DNA of 39,621 nt, taken from the NCBI GenBank assembly GCA_008369845.1, contig MRSU01003509.1, positions 1 to 39,621 of the forward strand, in the 5' to 3' direction. This DNA comes from Trichomonas gallinae (lineage: Eukaryota). Position numbers and translations under genes: made by a program. Shown here in pieces: positions 19,382 to 30,700 of the stretch (position 1 is the first letter of the stretch; each line of letters begins with the position of its first letter). The notes under the pieces are model-generated. The model made no database searches and had not been told where the DNA came from. It saw only the letters and a list, made by a program, of their open reading frames with translations.

Positions 19382-22300
19382 TGGTGTAGTATTTTAAAAA
19401 AATTCTATTTATATTTTCATGCAGATGCATTTATAAATACAGATGATATGAATGAATTAGCAGCGCTATACAGTTATTTCACTCAAGAATCAGTACGAAG
19501 TAAATTCAATATCGAAATCTTTAGCAATATATTCGTTCCAGTGGTAAATCATTACAAAACATTGAATTTAGACCAATATATAAACCGTTCCAGACGTAGC
19601 TCTCTTGAGTTTGAAAGAATTTTTAATCAATTCTGGTTCCTCTCTATTCTTGAATGATAAACACAACAAATTGATGGAAAAGTTGATGTTCAAAGTCATT
19701 CATTTGATGAATCCAATCGAAATCAACAGTATTTTATCAATGAATCATTATTTCATTTCAAAGTTCGCCGAATATACAGCACTTCCTCCAGATTTACTTG
19801 TAATATATATTAAATTCAATACAATTCAATCAATTCCACTAATTGTTGAAGCTTTTGAGAAAAATAATGCAAATTTCTCGAATACATCAGAAATTTTGTC
19901 TTTAATACTTCATAAAGGTTCCTATGAAGATATTAGTAGGATTACATTAGTATCTGATAACTATGTCCCTGATGTGAAGAAATTATTAGATGAAATCAAT
20001 GAATATGAATATTATTACTTGAAATCATTATGTAACATTATAAAGTTTGCTAATATTCAATATGATTGCTCAAAAATTGCTCAAATGTTCATTGTTAATC
20101 TGGATTCATTCATTTTGGCTCGCAGTTTCGCTTCATATCCATTCCTACCAATCGAAGACCCAGAATTATTCATTTTATTCACTCCAGATTGCGAAGATAG
20201 ATATCAATCTCTATTGATCAGAAAAATTTATTTACACGTAGAGAGTAAGACAAATTCATACTACAGATATGCTTTATTAGCACATAAGGCGACAAATGAT
20301 ATCAAATTTGCTGATGAAATTTTACAATCAGGTGATACAATTAAAATTAAAGATTTGGTTAATGAAATCAAATCAATTGAATCCATTTTAGAATTGAGTA
20401 CATCATCCAAGTTCATACAATCTTTGATATCGCAAAAAATTCAGAAATTTGATTTGAGTTTCAATGCAGAACTTGCAGCAAATGTTCAAACAATGCTTAA
20501 CACTAAAGAAAAACAAACATTGGGATTCTATTATTTATACAATGCCATTGAATTCGCGAAAGATGATTTTTGGGCAAAAATTTCTGAAATTCCTTTCGTT
20601 CCTCAATTTTGTTCAATTATATTCTATTCATTACAGAAAATGAAGAAGCTCAACAAGGAAATGATTCCCAAACTTCTTTCTATTATTAATGAAACCAATG
20701 ACGAAAAGTTTTTCAGTGATTTTGCTGAAGAAATCAAAGAAATCAAATTCAAATATGAAGAAATCGAAAACATAAATCTTCCTGATGCAATTTTGTCGAA
20801 GCAAGTCATTAAAAAAATTGAAGATTTGAATGATTCAATAATCTATAGAATGATACTTTCAGCTCCTTTGATCACATTGCCAAGATTAATCAAACATGCA
20901 ACAAAGAATGAAACATTTGAAGAAACTGTATCATCAAGATTCCTTGCTTTTATGTTTGATGACCAAACAGTTGAAAAGTTCGAAAGAGGATTAGATCTGC
21001 TTTTCAAGAACCTAGAAGGAAAAATCGCTGCTGATCTCGCATCAAATATCTTCTTCTCGCATATTCCTCAATCATACAGAACAGAAAAAGTTCTTAATAT
21101 TTTATCAAGTGCTCTTGCAAAATCACAAGAAACGTTCAAAAAACATATGTTAAAAGCTAATTTATCGTCAACATATTCTCATCCATACATAAAAGCTTTC
21201 GGATATTTACGTTCTTTCTGTTATAAAGATGCATTAGCTGCAGTCAATGAAGAGAATGTCGGAGGTTATAAAAGGAGAAATAATATATTTGATAATCTCA
21301 CAAAAGACTTTGAGATTGAATATTGTCATTTATCAAGCACAGATGAGGTTAAGTATTCAGTCGAAATATCAGAATATACGGATTTTGATGATTATTTGGA
21401 TTATTTAGTTAATTCTAGTGCAGACAACAATGGCCAAACTTGTTTCCTATGTGGGACGTGCTGGAAGACTTTTCATGCTCAATCAAGGACAGCCACTGCT
21501 TGGATTGTACACTAACAATGATATTCCAGAGCCATTTTCATATGGTGATGAATCATCTCAACCAAATATTTATCAAGAATTGCTGAAACTAAACTGGGAG
21601 AAGTTCGAAGATAAATTTGACATCGCTTTCTGCTTGATAAAAGAATTTTCAAACAGCGAATTATTCAACCATTTCATTCAACTAGATCCTAATTTCCTCA
21701 ATGATTCATTTGAAACACATTTAGCTGATCTTTGATCACCAAATTCTAGCGACATTGCTGAAATTCTTAATTTGTCGACCGATTTTAACGATCCAGAATT
21801 ATTGACACTATTGGCAATGGGTTTATTGTCCAACGAAGAACTAAGAGCAAATGTTATTGACTTGATGATACACAATAATATCGACATTAATGTTTTATTC
21901 GATTTATTTGTCTCCAATAACATTCCTTTCATCAGTTTAGTCATGAAATTACCACAACAAATCGAACATTTACCAGATGAAAGTTTAAAATTAATTTTCG
22001 CTGACAAAGAATCAAAACAATTCATGATGAAATTTAACAATGAAATATTAATCAATTAATTATTAGATGAAACTGACATAAAAGAACTAGTTAAAAGATC
22101 AAATAATAAATATGCAAAAGTAATCATTGCAAATTGCGATAAAAACCTTGCAAAAATTGTTTTTGATCAACTCAAATCCGTATATGAATTTCATGATTTT
22201 GCAGATGACAGAGATGTAACTCCAGAGCTAATAATGGAGTTATTCCAAGGCAATACTTTTGGTGAAATCAACAAGGCAAAGCGATTATATGAAGAACATA

Positions 22301-23621
22301 ATATGAAAGGAAAAATGGATAAAATGATCGAATCTCAAATTAAAAAAATGTTCTTCACTGCACATTGTAATAATGAACCTACATTTTATAAATACACAGT
22401 ATTATTGGACTGTTTGCAGGATGGCACACTTTTTAGCAAAGAGGAAACTTCTTATTTCCTGGGTGTTATTATTTGGGCATGCAATTATAGATTTAATATT
22501 CACTTTTACAATCAATTCCGTAGATTGCCTAATTTCGATTGGGAAATGCTCTCAAACTCAAAATTTTCCAACAATGATGGTCTTCCATTTATTGCTTTAT
22601 ATATTATTGCAGCAATTAAATGTGGTTCCAAGTTCAATATATTTATGATTTTTATGAGTGTCTTTCTGATGTTGTTCATGAAGTAATTCTTAATAATCAG
22701 TTGAAATATGCTGATTATATAACAGATCTGCTTGTCAGCTGTAGCAAAACCTTTAGCTATTTCAGGAAATTATTCGAAGATAAAACATTTTGGAAATTAA
22801 AAGCTACCAATTTAATGCCAATGGTTTTGTTTGCAACTTCAAAAGACATCGCCACTGACTTCGAATCAATAATGATTTTGAATGATTTGATTTACGAATT
22901 TAAGAAAGATGCTCCTACAAATGCATTTACGAATTTGCCAACTAATATTGCATTGAAGGTTAATTCAGAGCTATTTGAAATATTCTCTGACATAAACACA
23001 CTGCCAATCAAAACAAGATGTGCATTTAATTTTGCATCTTGCTTCAAGAATCATAGAAAGATATTCCTTGGGAAAGATTTTGCTAATGAATATCGAAAAT
23101 TATATCCTGATGGAATTCCAAAAGATATTGCTGCAGGATTTTCACGATTTGCTTCAATTGTTATAGAAGAAATATCTAATCCTAGTGAATATCAAAAAGA
23201 GTAAATCAATTTCTTACTGATGACATTTGAAATTTGCAAGAATTCTTGGGAGCTTATAGAAAGTTTGATCAATACTCTTTATTCATTAAAGTCCTCGAAT
23301 ATGAAAGATTCAATCAAAGGAGCGAAGACGTCTGATTTCTTTTGGTCGCTGAAATTAATTCCAGTTGATTGTCAGTGGCCTAAAATAAGAGAATTGACTG
23401 TCTATATCATGAATGCAAATCCTGAATTGAATAATGAGGCAATTTCCGAATTCATCGAAACAATTACAGTCGACAAATCCCAGGTCGAGAGAGTTTCAGT
23501 TGTTGCTTACGTGATCAAGAAAGGCAACGCTACAAAAATTAAAGAAGAATACAGCGGACTATTCAAGCAAATGATGGAAGTCCCTGAACTTGCAAAGCCA
23601 GTCAAAATGATGGGCTTTTAA
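19382..23621 (+). pseudogene. Pseudogene of a roughly 1400-codon, probably alpha-helical hypothetical protein; 5' end uncertain and may extend toward about 19000
   Basis: Seven consecutive + strand ORFs join into one reading path through frameshifts near 19580, 21417 and 22640 and in-frame stops TGA 21733-21735, TAA 22057-22059 and TAA 23202-23204. Coding-like sequence continues directly past each stop. Ends MMGF-TAA(A). Confidence 0.82.
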
Positions 23622-23842
23622 ATTTACTTTTTTCTAATTAAGCAATTTCTCTTTAGCATATTAAAATTTCTTTCGAAATTTAATCGACTTACCATATGTT
23701 AATCATAGTCAAAGCAAACACAAACAAATAAAAGCAAAATAAAACAAAATATAAAAAAATCATGAATCAATTATTTTTGTCGTGTAAAAATTTTATATGA
23801 CAAAATCATTTTTCTATAATAATCTAGTATTAATTCAACTAG

Positions 23843-24437
23843 ATGACTATTGGGAAATTGTAAAAATATCATAATTGAATATGATGGGAAAGCATACCAT
23901 GAAAATGAGCATTTCATTGTACATGACTACAAAGAAACTAAAATTTTTCATGTTCCACCTAAATTAGGTTCTTATTACTTAGAAGTTACACACTATGGAA
24001 ACACTAATTGTCATTTACTTGGTTATTATATAAATGACACAAATTATTTCGAAATTTTTCCAAATTATCGTGAAAATTACTATTTTTATCATAATGGAAT
24101 TAAATATCCAATGAAATATAATTTTCCAGTTAAAACTACAATAGGTTTAGGAATATCTTATAAAACTAAATCATTCTATGTTATATACAATGATATTTTT
24201 GAGAGATATGATATAAATATCGATGATTATTCTACAATTCGTTTTAAAGCTAGAGCAGCAATATATCAGAATATATCAGATGAAATTTCTGTGAATTTTG
24301 GCTCAACTCCATTCATTTACAAATCTTTAGAATTCATGCCTTATTGTACAACATCTCTCCCTGTTAAATCATGTTTTAACGTGAATTATCGATTACGAAT
24401 TTCATTTTTGTATTATTTGGTATTTATTATATTGTAA
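23843..24437 (+). pseudogene. SPRY/B30.2-like domain protein with a Cys-hydrophobic tail; single +1 frameshift in codon 4
   Basis: Motifs YYLEVTH, TIGLGIS and ISVNFGSTPFIY resemble SPRY. ATG 23843 (after TCAAC) reads ATG ACT ATT GGG AAA TTG TAA. Removing one base gives MTIGNCKNIII.. in frame with the 195-aa ORF, whose own frame is closed by TGA at 23844. Confidence 0.6.
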
Positions 24438-24491
24438 AAAAGAAGTTTATGATAGTGTATATTGTTTTATTCAACAAAAATCACAAGTATT

Positions 24492-25454
24492 TTATCTAAT
24501 ACAGAATTTTTGCTCAATTTTTGATGAATTCAAGTTAAAAACGATGTTAACGTCCATATCTCTAACATTTCTTTCGCATGGCTTCATAGTAAAAACGCCA
24601 TTTATATTATCACTAAAATCAATATCTACTGAGTTTTCAAAAACAAATAAAGCCTGCATCCAATGTGTTTGTGTATAGAAAGGAGATGTTTCTAGAACAA
24701 CAGTTGCCTCTGGACCTTCAAATGTTGTGTTAAATGAAATACATAATCCGTGCATTTTTGTAGAATCCAATGGATTCAGTTTGAAATCAGAAGTAAATGA
24801 TAAATCATCAACTTTACACTTGTTTAAATCGAATGTTTTGAATACTTTTTCATCAGTAATAATATTTGAACTGTTTAAACCATAAACAAGTGGTTCATAG
24901 ATACTCCATTTCTTGAATGCTGATAAGTCAAAGCCTTCAATATCATCCCAGAATTGTATTTTTGATTTGATTAAAATCGTATCATTAAAACCGCAAATTT
25001 TCATTTCAGCTTTATTAGGAAACATTGTTCCTGTTGGTTTCATAAATTTATCTCGTGCAATTAAAACGCTCGGAAGCATTGATTCGAATAATAAACAATA
25101 ACCCATCCATTCGCTTATTATCACATCAACCTGTTCTGGTATCTGGATTTCTTCTATTTTTCCTTGTATAAATTCAATTTTGTCTTGCAAGTTATTATCT
25201 GCAACTATTTTTTTCGCTGTATTTAAAATTGATGAATTGTCTACTGCATAAACGCGTTTTGCACCACAACTTGCTGCGAACATTGATAAAATTCCTGTTC
25301 CACAGCCAACATCGAGAATAATTTTATCTTTAAATAGCGAAGGATTCTTGAATATTGCCTCTTTGTATGACTCTGTTCTAATTTTATCGCTCAGCATATC
25401 AATGTGAATCCCACTTAGTGAATAGCTGTCGAAATAATAATCCAAATCAGTCAT
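24492..25454 (-). CDS. Type I protein arginine N-methyltransferase (PRMT1-like, 320 aa)
   Basis: YFDSY, DMLSDKIRTESY, SAM-binding ILDVGCGTGILSMFAA, double-E loop DVIISEWMGYCLLFESML and THW loop (QTHWMQ). ATG at 25454; stop overlaps TAAA. Confidence 0.93.
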   Translation of the reverse strand: MTDLDYYFDSYSLSGIHIDMLSDKIRTESYKEAIFKNPSLFKDKIILDVGCGTGILSMFAASCGAKRVYAVDNSSILNTAKKIVADNNLQDKIEFIQGKIEEIQIPEQVDVIISEWMGYCLLFESMLPSVLIARDKFMKPTGTMFPNKAEMKICGFNDTILIKSKIQFWDDIEGFDLSAFKKWSIYEPLVYGLNSSNIITDEKVFKTFDLNKCKVDDLSFTSDFKLNPLDSTKMHGLCISFNTTFEGPEATVVLETSPFYTQTHWMQALFVFENSVDIDFSDNINGVFTMKPCERNVRDMDVNIVFNLNSSKIEQKFCIR

Positions 25455-25999
25455 CAATAATTTTTTTATTTTTTTTCTCGATGTTTAATATCATATTTAA
25501 GTTTTTTAATAAGCCACTCAGAAAGAGTATAATTTGGAACGAAAAGAATGATATATCAAACACATGATACAAATTATCCAACTTGGAGGATGATGATAAG
25601 ATTGACTCAAACTTATCTAGTAAATTTCAATTTTTCTATGCACATTTAATATAATCAAACAATGGTATGCAAATCTTGATCTTTTAGGAACTTTGTTTTT
25701 GATTAGAATAATTTTGCTTGTTACCTGAATAAATGATATGCGACTTATCTCTGATCATTCATCTTCTATAATTATTTTTATGTAGTAAATTCTTATGATC
25801 TTAAGTTAAGTTTGTATACTGAATATTTGACCTAATATATTTGTTATATATTAATGTTTTCTCAAAAATTCCGTGTTAATGATAATAAACAGATTTATCC
25901 CAGTTTATTGAAATAATATAGAGATTATGTTTGTCAGTTGTGACTTTAATGATATCAAAAAATAGGATAAATTAAATTTTTAATCGTTTCGCAATTGGT

Positions 26000-27680
26000 T
26001 TAAACTTCTGGTTTGTTTGATGATGACTCTTCTTTCTTCTTGAAGACCAAAAAGTATACAGCGATGCAAATCAATGCGATGACAACAAGAGCACCAATGA
26101 CAATTCCCGCGATCGTTCCAGGTGGAAAAGGCTTATCTGGTTCTGAAATTTTTTGTTTATCCCTTGGTCCTAAACCGCTGCTAGATGGAGTCACAGAGCC
26201 TGGATTTTGTCTCTCATTTTCAAGATCTTTTAAAGAATATGCATATCCTCCATTTGGAATTTTTCCTATTAGAGATGGGAAAAGCCATTCATTATTTAAA
26301 TTTTCCCATGATTTATCATATGAATTTCTGCTCAAAGTGAAATATGCTGCAATTTCTGCAAATTTTTCATTTTCTTGTAATGAGAATTGATCCGATAACA
26401 TTATAACATCGTTTTTCATAATAAGTTTACCGGAACTTGACTTTATTAAGACATCAACAGGTTTAGGATTCAAATAGTTAAGTGTAGAATTAGTGTAATT
26501 TGAATTGAGTGTCATTTTAACTTTTAATTGTAAATCTTTTATTTCTTCCCGATTTTCTATTGTAACTTAACTTCTCCTATAGTAATCTAGTTTTTGAAAT
26601 TCTCCATTGTTTTTAGAATATGTTATTGAAGGTCGGTAATGACCTAAAAAATGTATGACTGCAGTATCTCTTGCATGCAAAGTGAAATTAAATTCAGCAT
26701 CATTTAAATTTGATAAGACAAAATTTGTTTCGCCATAATATGGATAATATTGCAATAAAACAGTACTGTTATCACATGTTATTTCATTTCTTTTTTTTAA
26801 CAAAAATAGGAGAAGTATGAATATTGGCAATAGAGGAAGATTTGACATTAAGCTCCATCGAAGCAGTTATAAAATAATTGTTGTTAAGGCAATATGCTTT
26901 ACCACTTTCAAGATACTTGACAGATATGTCAAGAGATTGAATTACTTCATCACATTTAAAACCTGTACTTTTTCTCATGGCAGCTAATTTATTTAAATCA
27001 ATACCTTCACCTTGATCATTAAAAGTTTCAGTGACAGAATTTAGATCATGATAGGTCACTAGCTTTGTAAGAACCACCATAACGTGGAGCTCGTCCTTTC
27101 AATTGAATTGTATTCAAATCAGGATTCTATAATATTTTCCTTATGGCATTTGGAACATTGGTTTTAGGTGTAATTTTGATCGTTATATCAAGATAACCGG
27201 GTAATTCACTAGTATAATTTTCGTCATTGACGTGATAAATATAATTATTTGTTGTTGGCTTCATTTCGATCTCCTCACTTGACTGGCGTGTGGTCCTATT
27301 GTATATGAGTATGTGATTTTGACGTCTGGTTTACCTAAATATTTTTTTACATTTTTTTTTTTCTTATTGTTTTATTTTGTTTTTCTGCAAATAATTGGCA
27401 TCATTAATGGGTATTTTCATGATTGATAGTGTACGTTCATACTATTAATGACATTTAATCAAATTGATATATTGAATTAACAAACAACGTTTATCACAAT
27501 ATAATGTTTAATAAATGACATTCCTGTTATATCATTAAGAACAAATTGTTAGTCCACATAAAATATTTCATTTAGAATTCTGATCTATCTTTCTATTTAC
27601 TGAGTTTGTTCACGGCAACATCTAGAGAATCGTTTATTTCAACAATGATGACCTTGATTATTTTCAACGAGCCATCAAAC
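26000..27680 (-). pseudogene. Degraded type I membrane (surface) protein gene with an internally duplicated ectodomain
   Basis: ORFs 26784..27080, 26567..26848 and 26000..26515 join through a shift in the T8 run at 26791-26798 and an in-frame TAA at 26569-26567, followed by 17 sense codons. C-terminal TM IAGIVIGALVVIALICIAVYFLVF-KKK. More broken coding-like sequence runs up to about 27680. Confidence 0.72.
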
Positions 27681-27729
27681 TAAACAAAATCACAAAGATT
27701 ATTATTATTATATAATACAAACAAATAAT

Positions 27730-30700
27730 TTATTTCGATAGTATCATATTTGAAATTTCAACATTTTTTGTTGAAACTGAAACAAGGTCAGAATTGGATG
27801 GTGATTTGCTGATCATCAAAACAGTTTCATGCTGGGAGTTAACAACTTCCGCCATATCCTTTAATTTGCGCTGATTGTTACTCAGCAATTTCTTTAAGTG
27901 CTCAATAGATTTCTTGATGAGCATCAGCTGAGAGTCTAGGTTGCTCTCGATTGCAGCTTTAGCAGAAACACCAGACATATCGGAGAACTCGCAAAGGATT
28001 TGTGCTGCAATTGCACGCTCACTCTTAGTTGCTTGTCTTTTGTCTTCAATGATTGTAACACTTGAAGCGTTAAACAAAGAAAGTTTTCTGACAACAGGAA
28101 TAAAAGACAAAGGTTTCATGTTGGACCCAACAAACATTTCAGAAATGTGCATGAATGAATCACGAAGTCTATCTGATAAAGAAATCGTTGTAGGTAAGCT
28201 TTCAATATTATGAAAGCATTTTTGAAGAGATGTTTTCATTTGTTCGTTTTCTCGTTGCAAAGAAACAAGATTTGCTTCTTTGGATCTCAAATCATTTGAA
28301 ATCTTATCAAGATCTTTACAATATTGCTTATCATTCGAACTTAATCGATTCCGGAATTCTTGTAATTGATTCTTTAAAAGATCGATTTCTCCTTTGTTGA
28401 TTGTGTTTTCATTTTCTTTGAGTCGGAGATTTTTCTCTAGTTTTACTTTTTCATTCATTAGCGAATCTCTTTCTTTTGTTAATTCATCTAAGTGTGATTT
28501 AGATTTTTTGATAGCTTCTGTATTAGATTCGGCAAGTTTTTCAAATTTCTCTCTCATTTCATTCAGTTCTTTTTCCAAACTGTTTGCTTGCTCGATTGCA
28601 TTGTCTCTTTCTGTTGTGCTACACATCTTGCTGTTTGAACTGGTTAGTGTCTTAACTTGCTCCTGCAGTTTTGCGACTTTAGACTGTAGATCTTTGATAG
28701 TTGCTGACTTTTTGTCGATTTCTTCGTTCGCGAGATTCAGCAAATTTTCATTTTCTGCGATTTTCTTTCCAAATCTTTGTTGCAAATCATTGATTTCCTT
28801 ATCTTTTTGGGCAATTTCGCTTTCTCTAGATTTTTCATCTACTGTTTTCCTTTTAATGAAATCATCGTAGTCAGCGAGCAATGTCTGGTAATCAGATGAT
28901 GGAACGGTTTGTTCCATTGATTTTTCAAGTCTCGATTTTTCCTCTTTGACTTTTTTGAGTTCGTTTTCGAAGAAAATTTTGTCTTTGTTAGAATCTTCTA
29001 GTGCTTTCTTAGCAGCTTGAACTTGAATTTGACCTTGAACTTCCAATGTTTGAGCTTGCAACTTCCATTCTTTAACCTCACTTTTAGTTTTCATCAAATC
29101 AGAAGACAATTTTTCAATTTCATTGTTAAGCTTGTTGTTCTCATTCTTGAGTTTGCTGACATCATCTTTCAATGATGAAATTTCATTTTGCAGATTTTTG
29201 TTGTTTTCTTTCATTGTGCTATTTTCTAATTTCAGCTCATCAATTTTATGCTTCAAACTGTCATTGACAACTGAAAGCTTATCATTCTCAAGATTAGCAT
29301 CTTTGATTGATTTTTGAAGATTAGCTACAGATTTGAACTCAGAAACTGTTTCTCTTTCTTCATTTAATCTGTCGAGTTTTTCTTTCATTTTTGTCAATTT
29401 TTCTTTATACTTCTTTGTCATTTCTTCATTTTCTTTGGTTGTTGAATCAATTTTATCTTTCATTGCTGTTAAATTCAATTTATCTGAATCAATTTTAAGC
29501 TGCAGTTTATAGCTTTTGTTTTTCTCTGCGTTCAAATCATTTTCGAGTCTGTTTGTTGCTTGTTTCAAGTCTTCATTTTCTCTTTCAAGCTTAAGTTTTT
29601 GCTGCTTTATGTTTTCTAAGCTATTTTCGACATTTTCTTTATCTTTATAGCTGTCCTTCAACAATTTTGTCAACTTTGATGTTTTTTCTTTTTCATTATC
29701 TATTGAAAATTGCGTTTTACTTTTGAGATCTTCAATCTGGTCTTTGTATATTTTCATTTCATTTTCTAATTTCGATTTTAGCTTTTCTGCTTCGTTTTCT
29801 AAGTTTGTCTTTTCGTTTTGCATAACTTGTAATTCATTTTGCAATTTCAAGTTTTTATTGTTTAGTTTTTGATTTTCATTCTTATGATTATCTAAATCAT
29901 TTTGTAGCTTGCTTTTATCTTGTTTTAGTTCATCTATCTGATCTGTTAATTGTTTCGAAATGAAATCTTTTTGTGTTTTCTCTAATTTAAGATTTTGTTG
30001 ATTTAGATTTATTTCATTTTCAAGCTTTGTTAATTTTTCTTGTAATTCATTTATCATGGCTGTTTTTGCTTCATTTTGTAAATTAAAATCTTCTTTTTGT
30101 TTCGTGATTTGTGCCTCAGTTTCATTTTGAAGACTTAAAAGCTCATTTTCTTTTGCGTTATTTTGGTTCAATAATTTTTCATTTTTTTCCGTAAGTTGAA
30201 TGATTCTGTTTTCAGATTCAGCGATATTTTGTTTAAGATGTGATAATTGATTATTTAATGATTGATTTTCTTTTGCGAGTATGGAATAAGATTCATCTGA
30301 TGATTTGATTAATTTTGCTTTTTCTTCATTGAGTTTCACTAAATCATTGTTTAATTTTTCATTTTCAATCTTGAGTTGTGACAATGATTCTGATAATTTG
30401 GAAATTTCATCATTAAGCTTATCATTTTCATTAGAAATCTTTGAATTATCATCAGACAAATTAGAAATTTGCTTTTTCAATTGTTCAATCATTGCTTCAT
30501 ATTCTTTATTAGAAGAATTTAATTTGTTTGATAACTCTTCATATTGCTTTTTTAGTTCTTGGTTCTGTGTTTTATGACTGTCAATTTCTTTTATTAATCT
30601 TTGATTTTCATTATTAATATTTCCATTTTCGTTTTTCATTTTTTCGATTTCATTTTTAACTTTTTCGTTTTCTTTTATTATGATTTGATTATCTTGATTT

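Noticed and set aside
19382..23621. Spliceosomal introns explaining the frame breaks
   Set aside because: I saw no trichomonad-type branch/3' splice motif (CTAAC..ACAG) at the junctions, and the coding path continues without a gap.
19382..27680. Stop-codon reassignment or programmed read-through to explain in-frame TAA/TGA
   Set aside because: Long intact genes have no internal stops and end in TAA. The in-frame stops co-occur with frameshifts in the same genes, as expected for pseudogenes.
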